Positions 17,537 to 28,196 of a DNA stretch of 52,620 nucleotides are shown here, in pieces (positions within the stretch are counted from its first letter, which is position 1; each line of letters starts with the position of its first letter). The DNA lies in the NCBI GenBank assembly GCA_002409145.1, contig DHUL01000040.1, forward strand, positions 16,590-69,209, read 5' to 3'. The stretch comes from Bacteroidales bacterium UBA5235. GTDB lineage: Bacteria > Bacteroidota > Bacteroidia > Bacteroidales > VadinHA17. Below the pieces are notes generated by a model. It was not told where the DNA came from and made no database searches. It saw only the letters and a program-made list of their open reading frames with translations. Position numbers and translations under genes: made by a program.

Positions 17537-18226
17537 ATGAAACTTATCGTAATAGAAGGTCTTGACGGCGCAGGCAAATCTACCCAGATCTCTTTACTGA
17601 AGGAGTGGTTTGCAGCAAGGCAGATGCAGTGCAGATATATTCACTTTCCACGGACTGACACACCCTACTTCGGCGAACTGATCGCCCGGTTCCTGAGAGG
17701 CGAGTTCGGAGACATCAGCAGCGTTGATCCCTACCTTGTCGCCATGCTTTATGCAGGCGACAGGAAAGATGCAGCAGCCATGATAGAAACATGGCTTGAA
17801 GAGAAATACTTTGTTGTTCTTGATCGTTATACCTATTCCAACATTGCCTATCAGTGCGCCAAGATGAACACTGAGGCTGAGGTGAGCAGTCTGAAAGAGT
17901 GGATACTGAGGCTGGAATTTGAACACTTTGGCATCCCGAAACCTGATGTCAACATCTTCCTTGACGTCCCCTTCAGGTTCACTGAAGAGAAACTCAGGAA
18001 CAAAAGGCTTGGAGATGACAGGACCTATCTCCTGGGAAGCAATGACATCCATGAGAGCAACCTTGAATTCCAGAAGAAAGTGCGCGATATCTACCTGAAG
18101 GTGGCGGAGGCTGATGACAACCTGCAGGTCATAAACTGCCGCGATGATGATAATCGCATGTCCGCTCCGGAAGAGATCTTCGAAATGATTCTTGACAAAC
18201 TCAAAGAAAGGAATATTCTGAGATGA
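17537..18226 (+). CDS. tmk: Thymidylate kinase
   Basis: MKLIVIEGLDGAGKSTQ P-loop, FPR, LYAGDR, LDRY..SNIAYQ, PD..IFLDV; start moved to the ATG at 17537. Confidence 0.93.
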   Translation: MKLIVIEGLDGAGKSTQISLLKEWFAARQMQCRYIHFPRTDTPYFGELIARFLRGEFGDISSVDPYLVAMLYAGDRKDAAAMIETWLEEKYFVVLDRYTYSNIAYQCAKMNTEAEVSSLKEWILRLEFEHFGIPKPDVNIFLDVPFRFTEEKLRNKRLGDDRTYLLGSNDIHESNLEFQKKVRDIYLKVAEADDNLQVINCRDDDNRMSAPEEIFEMILDKLKERNILR

Positions 18227-19461
18227 AGTTGCTGATACAAACTGCAAGGATTATCACCGGGCTGCTTTTTGCTTTCTCCGGCTTTGTTAAAGGGATTGAC
18301 CCGATGGGTACGGCATTCAAGCTCGGTGATTACTTTTCAGCTTTTAAGATAGGGTTCCTAGATGACCTTGCCCTTCCACTGTCTCTGCTGCTCTGCCTCG
18401 TTGAATTTACGACGGGCATGATGCTTCTATCAGGAGCTCTTGTGAAACCGGCATCATGGATGGCAGCCTTATTTATGGCCATATTCACCCCTCTTACACT
18501 TATTCTTGCCATCTGGAATCCCGTCTCTGATTGCGGATGCTTCGGTGATGCCATTGTTCTTACCAACTGGCAGACCTTCATCAAGAATGTGATCATTATA
18601 ATTCCAGTTGTCTTCGTCTTCATTACAAGGAACGACGAGACCGGCGTCATGCCCTTAAAAGCAGGCCTGAACTTCACGGTGGCATATATCTTCCTGTTCC
18701 TCCTTTTTATGAGGATGAATCTCGCCTGGCTGCCGGTGATTGATTTCAGACCCTACAGCATCGGAACCAATATCGCTGAAGGCATGACAGTGCCTCAGGA
18801 TGCTGAGCCGGACAAATATGATATCCGTTTCATCTATGAAAAGGACGGGAAACAACAGGAGTTTACCCTTGAGAATTATCCGGCAGATGACACTATGTGG
18901 AAATTTATTGACCAGAAATCAGTGCTTATCTCAAAAGGTTATGAGCCGCCCATTCACGGGTTCTCACTAATGACGGAAGAGGGTACAGATATGACCGAAC
19001 AGGTCACCCGGAAGAACGGCGATGTGGTACTGATGGTCGCCCGCCGGCTTGACGAATCTGACAGAGACGGCCTGATGAAAGGCTACAGCCTCGGTATTGA
19101 ACTGCAGAAGAGAGGCACTGACTTCCATATTGTGACAGCCACCTCTCCGGCCGGGGCAGGGCCGCTTGTAACAGGATTCAGTACACTGTATGCCGATGAG
19201 ACAACCCTGAAAACTGTAATAAGATCTGACCCTGGCTTCGTCTTTCTGCACAATGGTACTGTCGCAGCCAAATGGTCATACCACAACCTTCCGGCACCGG
19301 GAAAATTCAGTAATGGTGACCTCAATGCACTGGCTCTCAGATCACGTGTCACAGCAGAAAACAGGCTGATTGCCATATGTGTGGTCATGTCTATCCTCGT
19401 GGCTATGGCACTTGCCTTACCCTTCAGGATGAAAAAAACTCAGGAAATCAACAATTTATAA
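18223..19461 (+). CDS. DoxX-like membrane protein (BT_3928 type)
   Basis: [33 protein letters not shown]; lies upstream of tpiA as is usual in Bacteroidota. Confidence 0.85.
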   Translation: MKLLIQTARIITGLLFAFSGFVKGIDPMGTAFKLGDYFSAFKIGFLDDLALPLSLLLCLVEFTTGMMLLSGALVKPASWMAALFMAIFTPLTLILAIWNPVSDCGCFGDAIVLTNWQTFIKNVIIIIPVVFVFITRNDETGVMPLKAGLNFTVAYIFLFLLFMRMNLAWLPVIDFRPYSIGTNIAEGMTVPQDAEPDKYDIRFIYEKDGKQQEFTLENYPADDTMWKFIDQKSVLISKGYEPPIHGFSLMTEEGTDMTEQVTRKNGDVVLMVARRLDESDRDGLMKGYSLGIELQKRGTDFHIVTATSPAGAGPLVTGFSTLYADETTLKTVIRSDPGFVFLHNGTVAAKWSYHNLPAPGKFSNGDLNALALRSRVTAENRLIAICVVMSILVAMALALPFRMKKTQEINNL

Positions 19462-19480
19462 CTTAATCTATAATACTACA

Positions 19481-20239
19481 ATGAGAAAGAAAATAGTTGC
19501 AGGGAACTGGAAAATGAATATGAACCTGAACGAGGGGCTGGAGCTTGCCAGGGGGCTGAACAGTCATTTTACATCTAATCCTATTGGAGACAAGGAAGTT
19601 ATACTCTGCACCCCGTTCATTCACCTGGGAATAGTCAGCAATCTGCTGACAGCACCCGGTGTGACCGCAGGAGCCCAGAACTGCAATGACCACAAGTCAG
19701 GAGCATATACAGGGGAGGTATCCGCGGCAATGATAAAGAGCACCGGGGCAGGCAGTGTCATCATAGGGCATTCTGAAAGACGAACCTATTACGGAGAGAC
19801 TGACGAGTTGCTGGCTGTCAAGACCGCCGAAGCCTTGCGAAACGGACTGAGAGTTATCTTCTGCTGTGGCGAAGTACTTGCCGAAAGACAGGGTAATATC
19901 CACTTCGACATTGTAAAACGACAGCTGGAAAAGGGCCTGTTCGTTCTCCCGGCAGAAGAGTTCAGCAAATGTATTATAGCCTACGAGCCTGTATGGGCAA
20001 TAGGAACCGGAGTAACAGCCAGTCCTGAACAGGCTCAGGAGATGCATAGTTTTATCCGTCAACTGGTTAAGGATAAATACGGAAAGGAAGCAGCACATAA
20101 TACCACCATACTATATGGCGGGAGCTGCAAGGCATCCAATGCTGCAGAGCTTTTTGCCAATCCCGACGTTGACGGAGGTCTGATAGGCGGGGCTTCACTG
20201 GTGAAGGAGGAGTTCTGCAGTATCGTGAACGCACTCTGA
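19481..20239 (+). CDS. tpiA: Triosephosphate isomerase
   Basis: [40 protein letters not shown]. Confidence 0.98.
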   Translation: MRKKIVAGNWKMNMNLNEGLELARGLNSHFTSNPIGDKEVILCTPFIHLGIVSNLLTAPGVTAGAQNCNDHKSGAYTGEVSAAMIKSTGAGSVIIGHSERRTYYGETDELLAVKTAEALRNGLRVIFCCGEVLAERQGNIHFDIVKRQLEKGLFVLPAEEFSKCIIAYEPVWAIGTGVTASPEQAQEMHSFIRQLVKDKYGKEAAHNTTILYGGSCKASNAAELFANPDVDGGLIGGASLVKEEFCSIVNAL

Positions 20240-20246
20240 AAAGTAC

Positions 20247-23200
20247 ATGAGGAAGATCATAATCACCATACTGGTTGCCGCTGGCATCGCCCCCTTGGTG
20301 TCAGCACAGGTCCAGCAACAGTTCTCCGGTGACACTGCCATGTTTACCACCGAGCTGACTGCATTTATGGGCACCCTGGTAAGCAAACCGGAAAAGGCTG
20401 AGGTTGATCTGTTTAACAGACTATATGACAGTACAGTGTTTTCCAGACCTGTCAAAAACAGGATTATCAACGTTGCGAGCCAGCTCAAGGGGCGCAGATT
20501 GAGCCAGTCTCCCGGTTTCATATTCTATATAAGGACACTGACTGACTTCATAGAGACGGAGCAGACACAGGATGAGGTAGACGTCTGGCTGACCGGACTC
20601 AGCGAGATGGCTTTTAACCCGCGTTTCTCAAATTCTTCCGTAGAAAAATTCATAGAGGTAACCGGACTGTTGCTGGTAGACAATACCATCTTTTCTGCAG
20701 GATCTGTCCGGTGGAAAGCTTCTGAAGGAAAGGTTGAGTTTGCCCGTGACACCGTACTGAAAATTGATATAGAAGCTGTTACACTGACTGCATACCTTGG
20801 ACGCGACAGCACCCGGATCCTGAACTTCACAGGGACATACTACCCTGACATCTTCAGACTCCATTGCCAGGAAGGATTGGTGACCTGGGAGAAAGCCGGA
20901 TATGACCCGTCCAAGGTTTATGCCAGGATAACTGATTTCGATATTGACGTTACAAAAAGTGAATATTCCTGTGACTCGGCACTCCTCACCCACCCTACCT
21001 ACTTCCACGTGCCGGTGCCAGGCAAACTTACAGACAGGGCTGTCAACATCATATCTCCGGACAAAGCCACAATGCCACGTTTCGAGACATATGAGACCAG
21101 GTTCTTTATCAAGGATATCTACAGGGGGGTTGACTTCGAAGGAGGACTGGCCCTGGAAGGAGCTATTGTCAGGGGAACCGGTTCAAACTGGTTCCCCGCA
21201 AGCGTGAAACTGTACCGTGCAGACACCCTCGCTATAAAAATCACCTCCAGGAATTTCATCCTCTCACAAAACTCCATCAGCAGCTATGAATCATCTCCCA
21301 CCCTCTACCTTGGGACTGACTCCATCTATCACTCAAACCTTGGATTCTCATATAATACCGAAACGCGGGAAGTGAGTATGTCCCGCACCAACAGTCCTCT
21401 GTCACGAGGACCATACTTTGACTCCTACCATAACATGGACCTCTATTTCGAGCATCTCCTTTGGGATATGGACAAGCCGACAATTATTATGTCACGGACA
21501 AGAGGCGCCTCAATCGGGTCAGCAAAGTTCGAATCAGTAACCTTTTACAATGAGGCTAACTTCTTCAGACTGATGAGGCTTGACGACGTACATCCCCTGT
21601 ACAGGGTCAGGGACTATGCCAGGCAATACGGTTTTGATGTTTTCCCGGTTGAGAGCTTCGCAAAATCAATCCGGATGCCTGTTGAGCAGACGACTGCATT
21701 ATGCATTGAACTGGCAAACAACGGTTTTCTGTTTTATGACCGTAACTTTAATGAAGTGGCGTTGAAGCCTAAGGTTGATGACTATATCGCAGCGTTCGCC
21801 AAAAAGAAGGACTATGATGCGATCACAATTTTCAGTGAAACAAGAGACAGCGAAGAGAATGCTATCCTGAACCTTAAAGATTACACCATTGATGTCAGGG
21901 GGGTTAGGGGGGTTTCGCTCAGCGACACCCAGAATGTGGCCATCCGGCCTTATGGTGGCCGGCTGATAATAGGTAAAAACAGGTCGATCAGCTTTGACGG
22001 CATAGTGCATGCCGGACTTTTTACCATATACGGAAAGGACTTCTCATTCAATTATGATACCTTCAATATAAGGCTTGCGAAGATCGATTCAATCAAGATT
22101 GCAGTGGAGACCGGGGAGAGAGACCCTTATGGCAGGCCGGTGATCAGGCAGATTGAAAACATGATTGAACTCGGTTCCGCAAACCTGCGCATCGATGACC
22201 CCAAAAACAAATCAGGGCTCAGAAGTTTGAAGCAGTACCCGATTATCAACTCAACCACTGATTCCTATATCTTCTATGATGAGATAACCGATCTTGATGG
22301 TTTGTACCCGAAGGAAAAGTTCTACTTCAGGCTTGACCCGTTTACCTACACCAATATAGACCATTACACCAACGAGGAGATGGCACTGGCCGGGGAGTTT
22401 GTCGGTGGAGGAATTATTGAGCCGATGCGCCAGACTCTGACAGTCCAGCCTGATACATCCCTGGGATTCTCAATGTCTATTCCCCCGGAGGGGATTCCCA
22501 TATTTGACGGAAGGGGAAGACTCTACAATCATCTTAGCATGAGTAACTCGGGCCTTATCGGGAGCGGCAGGGTCGAGCATATGACGGCTACGGCCGTTGC
22601 AGATACTTTCAGATTTTTCCCTGATTACATGCTGACCAGGGCAAAAACCTTCGATATGAAGCCGGATGCCGAAGGCAGGTTCCCCGTTCTTAATGCCCGG
22701 GATGTGGATATCCAGTGGCTCACTGACAAAGATGAATGGTATGCAATGAACAGTGCGGGCAAGGAATTCAGTATGTTCGGCAACGGTACCTCCATGGCCG
22801 GAACCCTCATCCTGCAGCCCGGCAGGATGAAAGGCCTGGGCGAAGTGAATACTGCTGATGCACGGATTACCTCTGAAACATTCTCCTTCGGGCCGGTGTC
22901 ATTCGAGGCTGACACTTCCGATTATTATCTCCGGGCGCTTAAAGGCAACGGATACGGATTCGTGGCCAGCGATGCCAGGACACATGTCGATTTTGCAACC
23001 CGGAAAGCATCATTCTGGCTAAATACTGATTCATCATTTGTGGTGCTGCCGGGGATAGAGTACATATCCAAGATGACCAGCTTTGAGTATGACATGGATA
23101 AGAAGATCATGGATATGTCACAGAAGGGCAGGGAGTCCGTTCCCCTCATGTCTCCTCATGAACTGCTGAAGGTTCCTCATGGCATGGAAGAGAAACCCAC

Positions 23201-24728
23201 ATTCCTCTCCACAAACAACATGAAGGATACTCTGAAATTTCAGTCAGGCTCAGCATCCTACTTCCTTCAGGATGAATACCTGATGGTGAAGGATGTCAAC
23301 TATATCCCGGTTGCTGATGCACTTATACAGCCGGGAGGAGGAGTGCTTTACATAGAAAGGGGAGCGCGCATCAGGCCCACTGAGAACGCTGTGGTGGCTG
23401 TCAACAACAGGCACCTGATACACTCGGCAGAACTTAACATAGAAAGCAGCGCAAGCTACAGCGGGTCGGGAAAGTATGACTATGTGAGTGCTGACGGCAG
23501 CAACCAGGTAATTGAGTTCACTGATATAAGGGTTGACACTATGGCCACCAAAGCCTCCGGCCACATTCCGGCAAACCGGAACTTCACCCTCAGTCCTGCC
23601 TTCACCTATTCCGGTGACGTGAGCCTGAGATCTGACAACGAACAACTGCTGTTCACCGGTGCTGCAGGCATAGTGACCGACTGCGGGAAGATCAACAGCA
23701 AGCAGTTTAAGTTCACAGCTCATATTGATCCGGCTAATGTGCTGATTCCGGTCAGCGACAAACCCCGTGACATTGATGATAATCTCCTCTTCTCCGGAAG
23801 TTTCGTGACACTTGATTCGGCAGGTGTTTACGGAACCTTCCTCTCTGAGAGGCATTCATGGAGCGATGCTCCCCTGCTGAATGCTGACGGTTTCCTTTTC
23901 CATGACAAAGGCAGTGACAGGTACCGGATCGCATCGATGGAGAAGCTTGCCGATCTCCGCAGACACGGAAACATGGTGACGTTTGACAGGAACATGTGCC
24001 TGCTTCTCAGTGAAGGGAAGATCAATTTCGGAGTTGACTACGGACTGCTCAGGATCAACAGTTCAGGATCAGTTACGCACAACACCGACTCATCAAGGGT
24101 GGAAGTGCATTCGATACTCGGATTCTCGTTCTATTTCAACGCCGAGGCGCTTAAAGCCATGGCTGGCGATATACGGACCAATCCGACACTCAAAACAGTC
24201 AATCTCTCCTCTGAATTCAACCAGAAAGCAATGCGCGATCTCCTGGGCGAAGAGGCCGCGAAAAAACTCAGCGAGGAGCTTCAGCTCTTCGGTGTGGTAC
24301 GCTCACTCCCGAAGGAATACACCTCGCAATTGCTTCTTAATGACGTCACGCTTCAGTGGAATCCCTATTCGATGTCTTTCATATCAAAAGGGAAGATCGG
24401 CATAGGATTTATCGGGGACCAGCCCATGAACGTTTATGTCGACGGATGGGTGGAGCTGCAGAGGAAAAGGTCTGGCGACCTCCTGGATATTTACCTCAAG
24501 GCAGGTGACAACACCTGGTACTGGTTCTCCTACGTAAGGGGGAAACTTATGAGCTATTCCTCCAGCCAGACCTACAACGATATCCTTGCAAACACCAAGG
24601 ACAAGCTTAGGAAAGATCCGAATTCAGATTCAAGAGTCAGCTTTGAGTACATGCCAGGGGTGCGTGACAGGCTCAGGAGTTTCCTACGAAGGATGGAAAG
24701 CGGCGGACTGGGATTCGAGGAGTATTAG
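20247..24728 (+). CDS. Large (1493 aa) secreted beta-rich hypothetical protein
   Basis: Long uninterrupted ORF 7 bp after tpiA, signal peptide, no catalytic motif recognised. Confidence 0.85.
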   Translation: MRKIIITILVAAGIAPLVSAQVQQQFSGDTAMFTTELTAFMGTLVSKPEKAEVDLFNRLYDSTVFSRPVKNRIINVASQLKGRRLSQSPGFIFYIRTLTDFIETEQTQDEVDVWLTGLSEMAFNPRFSNSSVEKFIEVTGLLLVDNTIFSAGSVRWKASEGKVEFARDTVLKIDIEAVTLTAYLGRDSTRILNFTGTYYPDIFRLHCQEGLVTWEKAGYDPSKVYARITDFDIDVTKSEYSCDSALLTHPTYFHVPVPGKLTDRAVNIISPDKATMPRFETYETRFFIKDIYRGVDFEGGLALEGAIVRGTGSNWFPASVKLYRADTLAIKITSRNFILSQNSISSYESSPTLYLGTDSIYHSNLGFSYNTETREVSMSRTNSPLSRGPYFDSYHNMDLYFEHLLWDMDKPTIIMSRTRGASIGSAKFESVTFYNEANFFRLMRLDDVHPLYRVRDYARQYGFDVFPVESFAKSIRMPVEQTTALCIELANNGFLFYDRNFNEVALKPKVDDYIAAFAKKKDYDAITIFSETRDSEENAILNLKDYTIDVRGVRGVSLSDTQNVAIRPYGGRLIIGKNRSISFDGIVHAGLFTIYGKDFSFNYDTFNIRLAKIDSIKIAVETGERDPYGRPVIRQIENMIELGSANLRIDDPKNKSGLRSLKQYPIINSTTDSYIFYDEITDLDGLYPKEKFYFRLDPFTYTNIDHYTNEEMALAGEFVGGGIIEPMRQTLTVQPDTSLGFSMSIPPEGIPIFDGRGRLYNHLSMSNSGLIGSGRVEHMTATAVADTFRFFPDYMLTRAKTFDMKPDAEGRFPVLNARDVDIQWLTDKDEWYAMNSAGKEFSMFGNGTSMAGTLILQPGRMKGLGEVNTADARITSETFSFGPVSFEADTSDYYLRALKGNGYGFVASDARTHVDFATRKASFWLNTDSSFVVLPGIEYISKMTSFEYDMDKKIMDMSQKGRESVPLMSPHELLKVPHGMEEKPTFLSTNNMKDTLKFQSGSASYFLQDEYLMVKDVNYIPVADALIQPGGGVLYIERGARIRPTENAVVAVNNRHLIHSAELNIESSASYSGSGKYDYVSADGSNQVIEFTDIRVDTMATKASGHIPANRNFTLSPAFTYSGDVSLRSDNEQLLFTGAAGIVTDCGKINSKQFKFTAHIDPANVLIPVSDKPRDIDDNLLFSGSFVTLDSAGVYGTFLSERHSWSDAPLLNADGFLFHDKGSDRYRIASMEKLADLRRHGNMVTFDRNMCLLLSEGKINFGVDYGLLRINSSGSVTHNTDSSRVEVHSILGFSFYFNAEALKAMAGDIRTNPTLKTVNLSSEFNQKAMRDLLGEEAAKKLSEELQLFGVVRSLPKEYTSQLLLNDVTLQWNPYSMSFISKGKIGIGFIGDQPMNVYVDGWVELQRKRSGDLLDIYLKAGDNTWYWFSYVRGKLMSYSSSQTYNDILANTKDKLRKDPNSDSRVSFEYMPGVRDRLRSFLRRMESGGLGFEEY

Positions 24729-24776
24729 GACGACAGTAACAGCTGAATAGCGCATTTAAGGCAGCAACCTGTGATT

Positions 24777-25286
24777 TCAATGACCCTGGGTGCGGCCTCT
24801 GTTGCCAAATTCAATGACCTCCATATCACTGACATTTTCACCGTCTATAGTGAACCGGAGCATTGTCATCACCTTGTGGATCCCGGTGCGGCCGGCTGCT
24901 CCCGGATTTATACACAGCATTGAATGGTTCCCGTCAAAGATCACCTTTGCTATATGAGAGTGCCCGCAGACGAATATATCCGGTTTAAGCTCCCTGATCA
25001 GCTCCAGCGCCCGTGGAGCATACCGGCCGGGATAACCGCCGATGTGAATCATCAGCACATTCTTTGAGCCTGCCCTGAAGAAGAGATACTCCTTCGTTTC
25101 CCTCCTTACGTCAAACCCGTCAATGTTACCCCATACGGCTCGCAACGGCCTGAATGCCTCCAGTTCGGCGATAACACCGGCATTGCCTGCGTCACCTGCA
25201 TGCCAGATCTCATCAACACCGGCAAAGTGTTCGTAAATAGCAGGGTCAACCCAGCCGTGCGTGTCTGATATCACTCCTATCCTCAT
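24777..25286 (-). CDS. Metallophosphoesterase (YfcE-like)
   Basis: ISDTHG, HAGD, VWGNID, GHSH, NPGA motifs. Confidence 0.92.
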   Translation of the reverse strand: MRIGVISDTHGWVDPAIYEHFAGVDEIWHAGDAGNAGVIAELEAFRPLRAVWGNIDGFDVRRETKEYLFFRAGSKNVLMIHIGGYPGRYAPRALELIRELKPDIFVCGHSHIAKVIFDGNHSMLCINPGAAGRTGIHKVMTMLRFTIDGENVSDMEVIEFGNRGRTQGH

Positions 25287-25348
25287 TGTCCGGATTTGAA
25301 AATTATCAAAACGCTAAAATCTGTAAATTTGTGCAAACTATTGACAGT

Positions 25349-26053
25349 ATGCAGATTTTTTATTGTAAAGATGTCTCCGGTGACAGGGCTGTTTTCAGCA
25401 GGGAAGAATCAGCACACTGCCTCAGGGTGCTGCGCATGCGCCGCGGTGACACCCTGACCTTTACCGACGGTAAGGGACACCTTTACGACGGAGTCATCGA
25501 CACTGATGACCCAAAAGGGATGGCAGTCACAGTCACTTCGGTAAACAGTGATCCCTGCCCCAGAAATTACATGCTTCATGTGGGCATATCACCACTTAAG
25601 AATGACGACAGGCTTGAATGGTTCATCGAGAAGGCGGTGGAAACCGGAATAGATGTCATCACACCTGTTATCTGCAGCCGCTCAGAAAAGAAGAGAATAA
25701 GAAGGGAAAGACTGGAAGGAATAATCATCTCGGCAATGAAACAATCGGGCCGGTGTATCCTCCCAAAGCTTGAGGAACCGGAATCACCGGAAGAGTTTCT
25801 GCGCAGACCTGCGAAGGGGAAAAGAGTTATTGCCACCTGCGACTCTTCATTCAACAGGACTGCCATAACTGAAGCCTTCGACCGGGGTGATGATGTTACG
25901 ATTCTCATCGGACCTGAGGGCGATTTCACCTCCCGGGAGGTGGAAACTGCCATCAGCGCCGGTTATACACCGGTGCATATCGGTGCCGGCCGTCTCAGAA
26001 CAGAAACAGCAGGCATCGCTGCCTGCTGCTCCGTATACCTGGCAAATATCTGA
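25349..26053 (+). CDS. rsmE: 16S rRNA m3U1498 methyltransferase
   Basis: H..RVLR, EKAVETG, AMKQSGR, LIGPEGDF, LRTETAG; start at ATG 25349, downstream of TAAATTTG at 25324. Confidence 0.94.
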   Translation: MQIFYCKDVSGDRAVFSREESAHCLRVLRMRRGDTLTFTDGKGHLYDGVIDTDDPKGMAVTVTSVNSDPCPRNYMLHVGISPLKNDDRLEWFIEKAVETGIDVITPVICSRSEKKRIRRERLEGIIISAMKQSGRCILPKLEEPESPEEFLRRPAKGKRVIATCDSSFNRTAITEAFDRGDDVTILIGPEGDFTSREVETAISAGYTPVHIGAGRLRTETAGIAACCSVYLANI

Positions 26054-26055
26054 AA

Positions 26056-26280
26056 TCAGGTGCTGGTAAAGAAATCGAATACGCTTGTTATCTTCTTTAC
26101 CGGCACATTATAGAACTCTGTGTAGCTGCATTTTTCGCATATCAAGGCTGAATATTTCCGGGCCTGAATATCAAAAAGCTGCGTAAAAAGATTGTGTGCA
26201 ACCCTGATCTCGCTGAGCCTGTATTTCCTGCCACCGCATTTCGGGCAGGTATACCTTATCACCGGCATTTCACTTTTCAT
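26056..26280 (-). CDS. Small Zn-ribbon protein (DUF2082-like)
   Basis: CPKCG...LFDIQ...CEKCSYTEFY; start trimmed to the ATG at 26280, overlapping the upstream stop. Confidence 0.8.
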   Translation of the reverse strand: MKSEMPVIRYTCPKCGGRKYRLSEIRVAHNLFTQLFDIQARKYSALICEKCSYTEFYNVPVKKITSVFDFFTST

Positions 26281-26455
26281 CTTTCTTCTGATTTGGTCTT
26301 TCCCTGTTGTCACGAAGCCGGCCGGACTTGCGCAGTGCCTGGTCAAGGATCCATTCAATCTGACCGTTGGTGCTACGGAACTCGTCAGAGGCCCATTTTT
26401 CAATGGCACTCAGCTTGTCCGGATCAATGCGTATGACGAACGACTTCTTCTGCAT
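26270..26455 (-). CDS. Arc-like ribbon-helix-helix DNA-binding protein
   Basis: KKSFVIRID beta-ribbon, WASDEFRSTNGQIE helix pair; follows the SPFH gene. Confidence 0.88.
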   Translation of the reverse strand: MQKKSFVIRIDPDKLSAIEKWASDEFRSTNGQIEWILDQALRKSGRLRDNRERPNQKKDEK

Positions 26456-26457
26456 GA

Positions 26458-27312
26458 CTACTGATGTAGGGTCCCGGCGTTAATTATCGGATTTGGATCC
26501 TTGTCGCCGCACAACACCACCATAAGATTACTAACCATCGCAGCCTTTTTCTCTTCATCCAGATCGATAATTTTCTTCTCCGAGAGCTGTTCGAGAGCCA
26601 TTTCAACCATTGAAACTGCACCCTCGACAATTTTGAACCTGGCAGCAACAACTGCTGCAGCCTGCTGACGGCGGAGCATTGCTCCCGCAATCTCCTCAGC
26701 ATAGGCAATGTAGTTGATCCTGGCCTCAATAACGTTTATACCGGCAATCTTCAGCCTCTCACTGATCTCCTTCTCGAGCTCGTCATTGACCTCTTCGCCA
26801 CCGCTGCGGAGCGTGATTTCTTCCTCATGTCCCTCCCAGTTGTCATACGGATACAGACCAGCAAGCTTGCGAAGGGCTGCATCACTCTGCACAAGAACGA
26901 AATGCTCATAGTTGTCGACGTCAAAAGCAGCCTTGTATGTGTCCTCAACCTTCCACACGAGCACCAGTCCTATCTTGATGGGGTTTCCGTTCTTGTCGTT
27001 CACCTTAATGGGCTCACTGTCGAAGTTCCGGGCGCGAAGTGAAATTTTCTTCCGTGAATAAAACGGAATATTCCACCAGAATCCATTCTTCTTCACGGTG
27101 CCCCTGTAAGCACCAAAAAGCACCATAACCATCGACTCATTCGGATTAACCACCATCAGTCCTGCCAAAAGGAGGATGTCAACCAGTACAAGAAGTGTGC
27201 CCAGCCAGAAAACCGAAACGATGAAGGAGTAAACCGTTGCAGCAATGGCAAGCAGGGCTATTACCAGTAATAAATAACCCGATGATGCTTTGAAAATTTT
27301 TTCTTCTTTCAT
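26458..27312 (-). CDS. SPFH/Band-7 domain membrane protein
   Basis: Two TM helices, V.LFG.Y.GT, KVNDKNGNPI, YAEEIAGAMLRRQQA, IVEGAVSMV, MVSNLMVVLC. Confidence 0.92.
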   Translation of the reverse strand: MKEEKIFKASSGYLLLVIALLAIAATVYSFIVSVFWLGTLLVLVDILLLAGLMVVNPNESMVMVLFGAYRGTVKKNGFWWNIPFYSRKKISLRARNFDSEPIKVNDKNGNPIKIGLVLVWKVEDTYKAAFDVDNYEHFVLVQSDAALRKLAGLYPYDNWEGHEEEITLRSGGEEVNDELEKEISERLKIAGINVIEARINYIAYAEEIAGAMLRRQQAAAVVAARFKIVEGAVSMVEMALEQLSEKKIIDLDEEKKAAMVSNLMVVLCGDKDPNPIINAGTLHQ

Positions 27313-27318
27313 GATTTA

Positions 27319-27348
27319 TGATATTATTATGATATCACAAAGATATCA
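27319..27348 (-). promoter_or_regulatory. Candidate RHH operator overlapping the SPFH-operon promoter
   Basis: TGATATTA/TGATATCA/AGATATCA at 27319, 27330, 27341 (11-bp period); minus-strand TATCTTTG -7 box at 27338-27345. Confidence 0.7.
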
Positions 27349-27398
27349 CGAAATAATATAAAAGTCAAGAAAAGAGAAAAAAAATTTACATTTGAGCC

Positions 27399-28196
27399 AT
27401 GCATGAACGGCACACCGACAGGGAACTATACTTCAGGGAGCAGGCATACACAACCCGTAAGCATGTTATTCCGTTCATTTCGGACGTCAGGCAGATCACG
27501 GGTTCTCTTTCAGTGCTTGAAATAGGGTGCGGCGAAGGTGGCAATCTTCTCCCCTTCCTTGAGGCAGGATGCGCAAGGATCACCGGCATTGACATCTCTG
27601 AAGGGAAGATCGGGAATGCACGGAGGTTCTACGCCACCATCCCCGCCGGAGAGAAGGTGGAATTCATTGCTGCAGACGTATATGACTGCAAAGCTGTGGG
27701 CAGGTTTGACCTGGTCATGATGCGTGATGTTCTCGAACATATCCATGATCAGGCAAGATTCATATCATTTGTTAAGGATCTGCTTGCCCCCGGAGGATTA
27801 CTATTCATAGCCTTCCCTCCCTGGTTCAATCCATTCGGTGGTCATCAGCAGGTATGTGAGAGCGGTATCCTGTCAAAGACGCCCTGGATACACCTCCTGC
27901 CCCGTGGCATGTATCGTCTTCTGCTCCGGTCCGCAGGAGAGAATCAGGCGCGTATAGACGGATTACTTGAGATTAAGGAAACGGGGCTTAACCTGGGTCG
28001 CTTCTACAGAATCACAAAAAAAGAGGGATTTTTCGTTCTGAAAAAATCCCTCTGGTTCATCAATCCGAACTTCGAGATAAAATTCGGGCTTCACCCCCGC
28101 CTGTTGCCGGATTTTTTCGGCAGGATACCCTTCCTGAGGAATTTCCTGGCAACAACAGGTTATTTCATTATTTCAGTGCCTCGTCAAGAGCCCTGA
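27399..28196 (+). CDS. Class I SAM-dependent methyltransferase
   Basis: VLEIGCGEGG, GIDIS, FDLV...DVLEHI, LAPGG. Confidence 0.92.
   Translation: MHERHTDRELYFREQAYTTRKHVIPFISDVRQITGSLSVLEIGCGEGGNLLPFLEAGCARITGIDISEGKIGNARRFYATIPAGEKVEFIAADVYDCKAVGRFDLVMMRDVLEHIHDQARFISFVKDLLAPGGLLFIAFPPWFNPFGGHQQVCESGILSKTPWIHLLPRGMYRLLLRSAGENQARIDGLLEIKETGLNLGRFYRITKKEGFFVLKKSLWFINPNFEIKFGLHPRLLPDFFGRIPFLRNFLATTGYFIISVPRQEP

Noticed and set aside
17594-18247. 217-aa minus-strand ORF
   Set aside because: Antisense shadow of tmk with no recognisable motifs
23250-23855. 201-aa minus-strand ORF
   Set aside because: Shadow inside the 1493-aa gene
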